A stretch of DNA of 64,000 nucleotides, taken from Iphione sp. A-MEVVRFRX5. Its lineage: Eukaryota. The stretch covers positions 97,402,001-97,466,000 of the forward strand of contig OZ320315.1 in NCBI GenBank assembly GCA_976226885.1. Reading direction: 5' to 3'. The position numbers were made by a program, and so were the translations under genes. Below the pieces are notes generated by a model that saw only the letters and a program-made list of their open reading frames with translations, was not told the DNA's origin and did not search any database. Below are positions 35,801 to 46,339 of the stretch, in pieces (the first letter of the stretch is position 1; each line of letters opens with the position of its first letter).

Positions 35801-36323
35801 ACCCATTGTGATATGGCTGGCCACTCTAACGACTCTGTCTCTTCGACTACCTCCCTCAAATGTGATAACAGCTAGTTGCCCTGTCCTGGCACATCCCTAT
35901 CGTACCAGCAACATATTGATAGAAGCTAAGCTTCCCCAATTCAGCTTTTTCTCCCTTTGGGAGGTGTACATAACTAGAGGGGTTCTTTTTATGAAGCTTC
36001 TTACCTGCTGCTGGTACAATATCGGGATATAGGGTGGCCAGTAGCTGCTGTAAATGAGGTCCTGCTGTCGCCTTGAGTAGCTCTGCGTTCGGCGTGTCGG
36101 TGGTGCCATTGTCCTCGCTGTCATCCTGCAGGTCCTCGTCCAGTTCCTCGTCCTGGTCGTCATCATGTCCTGCCTTGCAACGAGTGACAATAGTTGATCG
36201 TCTATTCCCTCTTCAATCATCTGCAGGCATCTAACTATATCATCAAGCAATTTTGCCTGCTCTGCCAGCTGTGCTTCTGCCATTCTGCGTTCATTCAAAT
36301 CCAGTGGCCAAGGGTTAACTAAC
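32851..36323 (-). mobile_element. Ngaro/PAT-type YR retroelement with split direct repeats, RT core deleted, YR interrupted by stops
   Basis: 101-nt repeat at 32851-32951 and 33077-33177 (1 mismatch). 33-nt match between 33044-33076 and 36291-36323. gag Cys/His knuckle 35437-35859, RT/RH 34117-35109, YR 33185-33997 with HSFRR. Confidence 0.88.
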
Positions 36324-37144
36324 CCAGGTGTGTCACGCGAATCGCCTTATAATTGGCAGCTGCATAGTCGCCACCTAGCGTGATAACCTTGAACCACGTA
36401 GTTCACCAGCCATCTGCTTCAAGTTCTACTTCATGGAGGGAAGCCTGATATAACCACAACTAAACAAACAGTGCTTTATTATCTTAAAGGTTATTTTCAT
36501 GTCCTCCTCTAAAATCCATAATGAAGGATGTCCTTAAACAGCCATTAGACCAGAACTTTGTCATGTGGCTGCCTGTGCCAAGTTGGCTGGGCCAAGCTGG
36601 CAGCCATCGGGGGAGCTCTCCTGCTGTAGTTGTATTCATCACCTGTTCATATAAACCCGTTTCCATAACCCTCCTCTAGTCATATACCTTCCAACAGTCT
36701 TAGGTGATCACTGATTCCTGGACTGGTTGGTCCTCAACTGTAACAAGGAAACGCATGTCATTCATTACTATGATTACGTCTGTAATACTTCCTCTTGCCT
36801 TCATCTATCTCCACTACAATACCAGGACCACAAATCTGATGGTTTTCCTTCTTTATGATAGCAACACACTCATCCTCCCAGAAAACGTTGTATCGGTCAA
36901 CAACAAACCTGGACCCTCCTCCCCTCAACTTGAGAACTTGCCTTGGTTCCTTGGTTTCATTTCGGTCAGTGGTTTTGTTGAGTCTCTTACCAAAGTGTCA
37001 GTTTCCACTGCATACACACACTGCACAAGCCCTGAAAATATTCTCCAGCTACAGCCATTTGCACAAACTGCTGGGTTCCCTGCATGGTTCTGCTATATGG
37101 TCACACAGAATGTATGAATATGTACACATCAGGTTAACATATGA

Positions 37145-37440
37145 TAGGGTTTGCAACTGTTGTGGTGAGTTTCCTTTCCTCTTTTCGTATCGTTGAGTCC
37201 AAAAATTTTATTTGTTCTGTGCTTCGTTCAATGAAAAATTTCGCATTACTTCTCGCCTGTTGTAGGGTTCTCGAGAAGGAGTTGTTTCTTTTCCCCATGA
37301 CGCCATATCATGAAAATGTAATCTATGAGCCTGAGCCATAGATCTGGTTGTGGGTCATTGTTATGCACAAATTCTTCCTCGAAGTCATTCATTTATATAT
37401 TCGCATATGTGGGGGCCACTCTAGTGCCCATCACGGTGCC
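37145..37440 (-). pseudogene. Penelope-like element RT fragment
   Basis: Manual translation: MGTRVAPTYANI*MNDFEEEFV, LWLRLIDYIFMIWRHGE, FFIERSTEQIKFLDSTI. Confidence 0.8.
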
Positions 37441-38994
37441 CCCCCCCCCCCACTTCTAAGATACATGTAGTATTTCTCGTCAACATTACTTCTAGCAGTT
37501 TTATGATTGTTGAGTTAATTGGGGTGGTTTTACCGCTTCTGTATTAGTCTATGAAGCTACGAGTGGCTTTCAGACCCTCATCATTTGGGATAAAAGGATT
37601 TATGGGAAGTGACAAGTTTAGCGGGGGAACTGGTGCCCGACGGCTCCCGAAGTGCTTCTCAGGTGCCGGGGGCGGGCGTTTGGGTGCTGGCTGTGGTTTC
37701 AGATTCAGATTCAGATATGTTTATTGAGATCTCCGCACATGTTTACAGAGCTTTCCACAGCAATAGGAAATGAATACAAGGATAAATTTAATAACAACGG
37801 TACAAGAAGATAGACATCTTGATTTGGTAATACTTACAATATCAATTAATTGATCAAACACAGTAATGGATGTGAAATAGTACAAACAAAGAAGCAGTAA
37901 TGAAATAGAGAATAATACAGTATGGATAAATACCAAAGGGCGACACTCTGAATCTCTGAATTAATCACAGTAAGCTAAATATACCTACTCCCTCCTCAAA
38001 TTCCACATACATTTCAACAAATTCAAAAATGACATGACAATCGGTAAAGTTTTAAATATGTAGGGAGCCGTTATGCGTAAAAAATGCATATTAACCATCA
38101 TCTAACTCCATATGGCAGTATGATTTTAAACACAATACCAATTGCATAGTAGCATACGGGCAGACTTGATGTCACAATAATGAATAGATTAAGTAAGAAT
38201 TAAAGAGCTTTGATTGATTGACAGTATTAATGTAGAATAAGCATGTCCCTACAGTAAGCAACAACAGATCCGATTGGAGACAATCTTAAAGTGAGATATC
38301 ATGATATCAAAAGTATTCACAGTTAAGCCCAATATGCCACGTCATTCATCACTAATGTAGAACGTTTACCAGCTTCATAAGTCACATAGCAACAGGTTGA
38401 AAAAAAGCTTGACACGTAAGGAAATGTAGTAAGTAGCAAAAGACACACATACCACCACCAAATTCAATGCAGGACAACAAGTCAGACACAAGATAGTTTG
38501 AGGAATAAATATACTAGTACAGTTAGTGCTATCATTACAAATAGTGTCTCACGTTTTCATTGATGTTCGAAGAAAACTACTAGTGTACACACACAAAAAA
38601 AAAAAGTACAGCAAGTGGAAGATAATTCAATATTTAGTGATGTTCACAACGAGCCAAGAGCCATACTTCATCTCTCATATACCTGGATCTAGCCCGGAAT
38701 ATCCATAAATGTAGCATCTCCAAATCAATATGACATTCTGGGGGCTGTGCATGATTTCTCAATCTCACAGAAAAAAACTTATCACAACCTGAATTAAAAA
38801 ATAAGAAGACGATAATTGAAAAGTAATATAGTGAGATAGAGACACTCTTCCACTTGTGCAGAGTTTGATTACATATGGTCATGTAACAATTGTTCCTTTG
38901 GTTCTTTAATTTACATGGTTCATAACGTATCCAGTTTAAACTGTTCAACTTTTTGGCCATCATGGATAGCAACAGCACAATATCCATCACAGAT

Positions 38995-41751
38995 TTAAAT
39001 ACAGAATTTGTCAGGAACCCTTTTGCCAAGCTTTACACTGGGAGGTAATGCGTTCCATTTGACAGTCCCCTTGTAGCGGAGCGACTTGGCATACATAGCA
39101 CTGGTTGGTTTGCTGACATCTCCACACAAAGTCTGTCCTAGTCTCGTCATCGTCTTGATCTTAGAGGGTATAAGACCAAGACACATCAACTTATGCATAC
39201 ATTGCATACCTCGCATAGCAATCAAATCCTCTATCCTGGGGACATCAAATCGGTCATGTAGTACACGGGCAGGTAGGTAGTTTCTTACCTGGAGGCAGAC
39301 CCTAGCACATTTATGTATAAATGATTGTAGTCGGATTCTCTGTGACACACTAATAGCATATAGCATAATAGCATGAAAATTGACATGGGATAGCACTAAG
39401 GATACAAACAATTGTTTTCTAGCTGAGACCGGTAGCAGATGCTTGGTTCTGCCTATATGTAGGGCTGCCAACCACATCTTCTTTTTTAGGGCTTTAATTG
39501 TTAAGGTACACTTCAACTGACTGTCTACAAAGTAGCCTAGGAGAGTACAATTTGTCACCATTTTTAATTGTGCACCACCCAGAACTAGATCCAAGTCAAC
39601 ACCTGCTGCTCTTCCCACTTGTAGGTAGGAACACTTGGCAGCACTCAAGATAAGTCCAGTGTTTTTACTCCATTCAGAAACAGCTTGAATTACCTGTGAG
39701 CAACGATCACGAAGGAGCAGCAGATCCCTAGCAGCAATAGTTATAGACAGGTCGTCAGCATAAATGGTCGGTTTACAGAAGTTCGGTAAGTGTTGGACAA
39801 CATCATTAATTACAAGGATAAATGCATTCGGCCCAATGATTGAGCCCTGAGGCACGCCATGCTTAACAGGTTTAACAGTCGATATTTCACCCCTACACTT
39901 TACTCTCTGATGCCTGTCATCTAAATAGCTACTAAAAAACCTCCTAGTGCGAGGACCAACTCCTAGTTTTGCTAATTCAGATAATATTTTGCCATGCGGG
40001 ATAGTGTCAAAGGCCTTTTTAAAATCAAACATTAATATTGAGGTATATAGTCCTCGGTTGCAATACTCTTGAGCTTCCCCTATGATTGTCATGATAGCAG
40101 TTTCAGTTGATCTCAGACCCCTGAAACCATGCTGCGCTATATGTAGCAGTCCCTGTGCCTCAATCCAAGCCATCATCTTTCCCATCACCCATGCTTCTAA
40201 GATCTTCCCAGGAAGTGGGAGTATGGTGATTGGGCGGTAGTTTGCAATGTCTTCTCTGTTCCCCTTTTTGAACACCGGTGTTACTATCCCTTGTTTCCAT
40301 GACCCAGGGAAGGAGCCAGCTAACACACACCTGACGAACACCAAGGTTAGGAAGGCATGGAATCTGATTAATACTGGTTTTAAGATTTTTGTCGGGACAC
40401 CTTCAATTCCAGAAGGTTTAGTTAGTTTCTGTTTGTTAACAAGAGCAACAACCTCCCTTGGTTCTGGAATAGGAAGCTCAAACTGTTGCCCTGTCACACT
40501 GTCAACACATTCATACTCCTTTCTCGACCCGTCAACCAGCTTGTCCACCTCACTAATGAAGAAGTCATTAAAACAGTCCGCTAATCCCTTATTCCCACTA
40601 ATAATGTTCACAGCACTCGGTAGGGTGTTCTTATTACCCGCTCTTCCCGTCACCTCATTTAGCACTGCCCATGTCTTCCTGGAGTCACCTTGTGCCTCGC
40701 TAAGCCTACTATGCCACCATGCCCTCCTTTCTGATTTTAAGGCCTTCTTCACTTTCCTATCAAGATGCTTATAAATTCGCAAGTCATCCAATGAGCCAAA
40801 CATTCTCCATTTTTTGAAAAAGTATTCCCTATCTTTACGAAGGCTATTTAAACCAGCACTTGGTTCAAAATTGCCCTTATCTAGCCTCACCTTCCTACAT
40901 TTTTCTGGACAAGACGATGCCAGCTCCTCTTTTAGTCTGACTTCAAACTCATCCCATCTCAGTGTAGGGTCTCCTTCCATTTTGCCTACCCCATACTCCT
41001 CTAAGGTTTCACACAAATCTGGCACATCTACCTTCCCCCATTCTCTGTATGACTGGGTTTCTACACTACGGAAGCCCCCACCCTTTTTAATGGTGACAGA
41101 TACAGGGAGATGATCACTAAGGTGAAGAGAGCCCACCTCCGACCCCCTATGGTCATCGAAGTTCACCCAGAGGTGATCAAGGCATCTGTCCGACTCTATC
41201 ATTGTGGACTCTGTTACTAACTGTCTTAGTCCCCTCCCATGCAGGTAATTTGCCACCCCCAATCCTGCTTTGCATGTATTGGAGTAATGGTAGTTGAAAT
41301 CCCCACCCACTACCCTGTCACTCCTCCTCAAGTTAAAGAAATCTTTCATGGCATTGTCAATAGCATGCACAGAATCCGCAGCCCTGTCCCCTGGCGGCCT
41401 GTACACACAGAGTAGTTCGATTGGGCGCCTCATTCCTGCCTTTAGTTTTATCCCTAGAATTTCTGTTAAAGAGTCTGCAACTGCTAGCACTTTACTGTCT
41501 AACAAGTTGTAATGTGATCTGTAATAGATTATCAGTCCCCCACCCTTCTTCTTACAGGTAGGGGGCCTGTCCGCCCTGATTGCACTATACCCTGGAATAT
41601 CTACACTGCTGTCCAAGTTGTTACCCGATAGCCAGCTTTCCGTTATTCCACATATATCAACACCCTCCTTATACAGATATTCAGCCAAACAATTTTTCTT
41701 CTTTGCTAAGCTTCTTATGTTATAGAACATTACTTTGATGCCCGGGGCCAT
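38995..41751 (-). CDS. Intact 918-aa APE endonuclease-reverse transcriptase
   Basis: YNIRS, ITESWL, GGDFN, CLDH and SDH (APE catalytic set). NYRPI, QHGFR, DFKKAFD, GVPQGS and YADD (RT). Confidence 0.96.
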   Translation of the reverse strand: MAPGIKVMFYNIRSLAKKKNCLAEYLYKEGVDICGITESWLSGNNLDSSVDIPGYSAIRADRPPTCKKKGGGLIIYYRSHYNLLDSKVLAVADSLTEILGIKLKAGMRRPIELLCVYRPPGDRAADSVHAIDNAMKDFFNLRRSDRVVGGDFNYHYSNTCKAGLGVANYLHGRGLRQLVTESTMIESDRCLDHLWVNFDDHRGSEVGSLHLSDHLPVSVTIKKGGGFRSVETQSYREWGKVDVPDLCETLEEYGVGKMEGDPTLRWDEFEVRLKEELASSCPEKCRKVRLDKGNFEPSAGLNSLRKDREYFFKKWRMFGSLDDLRIYKHLDRKVKKALKSERRAWWHSRLSEAQGDSRKTWAVLNEVTGRAGNKNTLPSAVNIISGNKGLADCFNDFFISEVDKLVDGSRKEYECVDSVTGQQFELPIPEPREVVALVNKQKLTKPSGIEGVPTKILKPVLIRFHAFLTLVFVRCVLAGSFPGSWKQGIVTPVFKKGNREDIANYRPITILPLPGKILEAWVMGKMMAWIEAQGLLHIAQHGFRGLRSTETAIMTIIGEAQEYCNRGLYTSILMFDFKKAFDTIPHGKILSELAKLGVGPRTRRFFSSYLDDRHQRVKCRGEISTVKPVKHGVPQGSIIGPNAFILVINDVVQHLPNFCKPTIYADDLSITIAARDLLLLRDRCSQVIQAVSEWSKNTGLILSAAKCSYLQVGRAAGVDLDLVLGGAQLKMVTNCTLLGYFVDSQLKCTLTIKALKKKMWLAALHIGRTKHLLPVSARKQLFVSLVLSHVNFHAIMLYAISVSQRIRLQSFIHKCARVCLQVRNYLPARVLHDRFDVPRIEDLIAMRGMQCMHKLMCLGLIPSKIKTMTRLGQTLCGDVSKPTSAMYAKSLRYKGTVKWNALPPSVKLGKRVPDKFCI

Positions 41752-42675
41752 TCTGGTGGAGAAGTAGGGACAACAAGACTTTTGGCAGTAAATGCAGAAT
41801 CAAGGTATCACAGGTCGTAGCTGCCACTCACTGATTACCATCCAATATCCTATCTGCACATAGTACAGGACTTTGGTTCAATACTAGCATTGTACGATGC
41901 TACAGTATCTCCCTAGTTAGAAGGAGGAAAAAGGGGGGGTAGAACTGAAGCTAGTACAAAAATAGACAGACTAGTATAATGTGCCGATTTCTAATTTATA
42001 CATGATTCATACGGGAAAATACAGGTGTTAGAGGTACTAAAGCAGTATCACAAGTATTTAGGGACTATGGAAAGTTACTTATGGCCAACTGCACCTCAGA
42101 AAATGTTACATGAGATGCAGCATCAGGGGTATTAAAATAAAGTACAATATTAGCGATTGCTATGTAGACACATATGAATATGCAAATCACAAAATCTCGG
42201 ATGAAACTTTCTGGATAAATGTCAATAGTTCGTAATCACAGATTGTTTGCTGATTGTCGTAGCTACCATACACCAATAATAGTTGAGTGCAAAAAACACT
42301 TCTTGGCAAAAGCACCTAGAGTAATACTTTCACTATATCTGGATTAATTGGTAAATACAACTAACACCTTTTATATTTGCCTTTCTCAGGGTAACAAGCT
42401 CCTTAATGATCAATGTACAGCCTATTACCTGAATAGATAGTGATCAGAAAGAACTTGGGTATACAGGTACAATAGTAAATGGAATCACAGTTCAGATTCA
42501 GTCTTTTCCAACGTTAGAGGTGAGTAATCAGTAGGTTCGAAATAAACAAGATACAGATGGTATTGGGTGCTCTCCCGGATGGGTATCTGTCAGGAAACAA
42601 TTTTCTAGATTATGAGTCTACAAAAAAACACACTCTGTGTGCCAGGCCTGTGTATATGATCATTAGGCCAAAATC

Positions 42676-43392
42676 CTACCAGTGAACTTGATGCAGGGCA
42701 CCATTGTTGCTGACGTGGAAGTGTCCATACATCCTAATATACTCATGGAGGAATTGTCTTATGGTGTAACTCCAATCGTTCAACGTCCCCATCTTTGGGG
42801 TGAAGCCATCTCCCTCAAGACGATCAAAGTAGTTGTAGATTTCACCGGCAGATGGGATGCTAACTGGCTGTGCCAAAGTACATGGAAACATGCCGATAGC
42901 ACTAGAAGACGCTTCACATCTCAAGTTGAGAATGGTAACCGCAGCATCCAACTTGAACTGTTCATCCTCATCCTCCATGTCAGGCTCCATTCGTCCTAGA
43001 TCCACACTTGCAGCTGGACAGCATACCACATGGGGGCCTCCATTCGGGGCCTTGCCACACAGGTCATAGATCCTCTGCATGTATTTCTCCAGGTAATCAC
43101 TATACGTAGCAGGGGAACCAGTGCTCACGGACCACTGGCCCGTTTCGTTGATGACCCAGTCATCCATGCCAGAGCTGATGAGAATCAGATGGAATTGACT
43201 AACATCAGTATACAAAAGCCACCTGCATATTTTTCTGTATGATGCCCTCCTCATCGATACCAAGTGGATTCGGGTCGGCGGTAACAAGTGCAGCACATCC
43301 TCTAACAACTTGAAAGCAGGTGCGCTCCTCCTGTCACTTAGAACTAGGATACGAGTCTTGTGGCTTGCCGAACCCGCTGGCGGATGTTCCAT
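42676..43392 (-). CDS. Stand-alone SGNH/GDSL-fold protein, 238 aa from Met 43392
   Basis: RILVLSDRRS (block I-like), LILISSGMDD (block III-like), EGDGFTP..LNDWSYTIRQFL (block V-like). Confidence 0.7.
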   Translation of the reverse strand: MEHPPAGSASHKTRILVLSDRRSAPAFKLLEDVLHLLPPTRIHLVSMRRASYRKICRWLLYTDVSQFHLILISSGMDDWVINETGQWSVSTGSPATYSDYLEKYMQRIYDLCGKAPNGGPHVVCCPAASVDLGRMEPDMEDEDEQFKLDAAVTILNLRCEASSSAIGMFPCTLAQPVSIPSAGEIYNYFDRLEGDGFTPKMGTLNDWSYTIRQFLHEYIRMYGHFHVSNNGALHQVHW

Positions 43393-43491
43393 CTTTCGCA
43401 CTAGCAAGGGAGAGAAAAACACATATCATAGCCTACACATCTGAATGCGATTGCCTGAGATCCGGATGCATATGAAGATACAGGCTCTAAA

Positions 43492-44664
43492 TTATGCTTG
43501 CATCAGTTCTGATCGAATTTTCATTAGCACTTCACCCACAAGGTTTTTGCCTTCTCCCCTCAGGAGCTCATTGGGATTGCTAAACACGACTTTGTTGTTG
43601 CCAGTCCCTAGATCTAGGTCACGGTCGACGTAAGCGATCAATTTGTTTCCTGTCGTCATCAAGAAGGTTTTAACAGTCGGATTGGCATTAATTACGGCTC
43701 TGTAGACTTTATCAACTATTACCTTTGAATTTGAGTCCCATTCTTGATTCTTCTTGACAGATATATTTGCTTTTCTCACCGCAGATAAGCTAGTTGCGTT
43801 TCGAACGTTGCGCTCCAGTTTTAGATCTGGTACTGCACGAGAGCGGAGGTGATGGATAGCAACTTCCGGCAAGTCGTAGTGTTTACCTTCTATCTCCACC
43901 GGCCCTAGAGAATTAGGCGCAAATAGGTTGTTGTCAGCATCAAACAGGAACTCCTTGTCATTTTCCCAGGTGCTAGCTGTATTGTCACATAGGAATTCGG
44001 GGAGGTAAGTCTTGTCAAGAGGGGAGAAACGTTCACCGTCGAGTAACAGGTCGACTCCCCTGACAGTCGCCTTGCTGCCGTGTTCCCTTGCCTTTCGTGC
44101 TAGACGTTGCTGCGTAGTATTATAGTCAACAGCAGACATGGGGAGATCCTCTTTTATGTAGATTTGACGTGTCGATTCGTTCTTAATTAGCTTAAAGCGG
44201 GCTTTCAAGATGGTGTTGCGTGTTTCAATCGAGTCAAGCAGCACGCCAACCCTTAGCCTGTCTTTATTTACATTGTGACAGTGACAGTCAATAACTTCAC
44301 TCTCTCTGATGTTCGCAGTGTTCTTTAACAATTTGCGAACATAGCACTTCAGATTCTGCTTCTCAGCCACAGGAATTCCTTCTATTGTTATTTTCCTGCA
44401 GCGGTCATTGACTTCTAATCTTGTCAGTTCCAGCTTAGCCTTAGCCTGTTTTACCAACCCAAGGTGTACTGGATCACAACAGGCAGCAGACACAGATATC
44501 ATGGAAGAACCAGCAGGAACAGAGCTGAGAGAGCATTCTACTACCCCAGCACTGTCTTGCCGAGCCCTTTTTGATGATCTACTCCCAGAGGAGGATCTTT
44601 TGGCTCTTTTTTGCTGCCTAGGCTGCTCAGATGACATGTCCATAACTGAAGAAGCCAAATCCAT
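43492..44664 (-). CDS. ORF1p: basic N-terminus + L1-type RRM/CTD + divergent NADAR-fold domain
   Basis: RCRKITIEGIP...ETRNTILKARFKL..IYIKEDLP (RRM/CTD). aa ~250-400 has VEIEGKHY, QEWDS, FLMTTGNKLI, GEGKNLVGEVLMKIRSEL (NADAR). Confidence 0.85.
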   Translation of the reverse strand: MDLASSVMDMSSEQPRQQKRAKRSSSGSRSSKRARQDSAGVVECSLSSVPAGSSMISVSAACCDPVHLGLVKQAKAKLELTRLEVNDRCRKITIEGIPVAEKQNLKCYVRKLLKNTANIRESEVIDCHCHNVNKDRLRVGVLLDSIETRNTILKARFKLIKNESTRQIYIKEDLPMSAVDYNTTQQRLARKAREHGSKATVRGVDLLLDGERFSPLDKTYLPEFLCDNTASTWENDKEFLFDADNNLFAPNSLGPVEIEGKHYDLPEVAIHHLRSRAVPDLKLERNVRNATSLSAVRKANISVKKNQEWDSNSKVIVDKVYRAVINANPTVKTFLMTTGNKLIAYVDRDLDLGTGNNKVVFSNPNELLRGEGKNLVGEVLMKIRSELMQA

Positions 44665-45129
44665 GATAACAATAAACAACAAATGACACAAAATCAACAA
44701 AGCAAAGCTGAAAATACTCCTTTTGATGATCCTGGTAAGAAAATAGTATCACAATTTACCTTTACCCTATCTAGCTTCTGCAGGAAGTCTGGTATGTCTT
44801 GTATGTAAGATTTAGTTCCCTTGATGATAGGTTTCAAGAGTGATGGCTTGGGGGATTCAGGAAGTAGTTGCCTGGCTATCTCCCACGGGATTTCGTCTTC
44901 TTGTTGGAGGTGTGTAATTAGTGTCTTTATACTCTATACCAGGGTCAGTTTCCAGTGTTTGTCACTGAGTTGTCTCACCCCTTCCATTCTGTTTTCTTCT
45001 GCACCCCATACAAGGTGCCCAACGACAACCAACGGCAAAAAAAGAAAAAGGCTGTAGGTGGCTAAGGTGGCTACAGTGGGTGGTACTCCACACTACAGAC
45101 TAGTTGGGGGTGGTCAGTGCAAGATGCAT

Positions 45130-45860
45130 CAGACTAGGGCTGTATCGTAATGAACCAGCAAAATGGCTACTGCATGGTCTGTCCATTTGTGCACATCTTT
45201 TTGAGCCCCAACAGACAATGGTCCTGTTTGCAATGGGTAGCAGTCCTAGGACGACCTGTCACTTGAGTGCAGCAAGTCCTCTATGCGCAACAATGGAGGT
45301 GACCTTTCAATGCCAATTTTTTCTGACATGGTTCAGGAGCTCAAAAACAAGCCAGTCACAAGTGCCAATCTCTTGCACCTATTTAGGTGGACTTGAAGGT
45401 TGCAGATGTTTGACTCCGTCGTCACATAGTATAGTACTGCCGCATGCATACAGGATATGGTGGAGCACAAGAGCCTTGAATAAGACCAACCGTGCATTGA
45501 TGGGCAGCCTGTTCTTTACACAACCACATCTTCTATTAGACCTCTTTAATTCTGACTTTAAACTTTAGGTGGGCATCCACTGTATAACCAAGGAGATGCT
45601 GGGCCATGTCTCTTTCCATTTTTTTTCTTGCCACCTAAAGTGATATCTAATGGGATGCCAGCTGCCTTCACAGGTGGAATAAAGCGGCACTTCTTGGTAC
45701 TCACCACCAGCCCAGCTCAGTCGCACAACTTATGGACTGCATCAATCATGTTTTGAATCACACCTCGTAACTTCAGTAGGTCCATCGAGTCAGCAACCAC
45801 TGTCCCACAGGATGTCAAAGGGAGCATATTAACTATATCCTTTATCACCAAGTTATCACT
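45130..45860 (-). pseudogene. LINE RT C-terminal relic related to copy 3
   Basis: DLLKLR..IDAV...GLVVSTKKC...LDITLGG..LLGYTVDAHLK..KMW aligns to the C-terminus of 38995-41751. Confidence 0.7.
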
Positions 45861-46339
45861 TCCTTTCTCAATGGTTTACTCATCTGTATAGCACTATGTA
45901 TGCCAATAGTGACGTTTAAGTACCTGTAGTAACTTGTTGCAGGAATCCCTTTTCCAGTCCAGTATTTCTATGGTCAAGGTGTCCTTCTCATTCCCGTCCT
46001 CATCAATGATCATGTCTGGGTCCACAGATCATCTTCTATAGAAGACACGGTAAGCAGGGTGTTCTCTGAAGAATAATTAGTAATTTGTTAGAACCCCCTT
46101 TGGATGCACCTCGTAGGTTAATCCCTTCTGTGCGATTATTTTGTGTGCAACCACACACTCATTGTGTATGTATCTCATACGCAATCTTTCTCATTTCTGA
46201 AATAACAACCAATATCATAGTTATACATACTGGCAGAGAATTTCCTGGTCCATTCCCTTGAAGCAGAACTGTGTCATTGTTCTGTCTGTTTTACTATTGT
46301 TTTTCCTAAGCACTTGTGATTGGTGATTCCGAGTGTTTG

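Larger units (their letters stand above)
37698..44700 (-). mobile_element. Three-ORF NADAR-LINE, copy 3: all three ORFs open
   Basis: ORF1 44664-43492, SGNH-like ORF 43392-42676, ORF2 41751-38995, about 1.3 kb 3' UTR, AATAAA (37720-37725) + (TCTGAA)3 tail. Confidence 0.88.
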
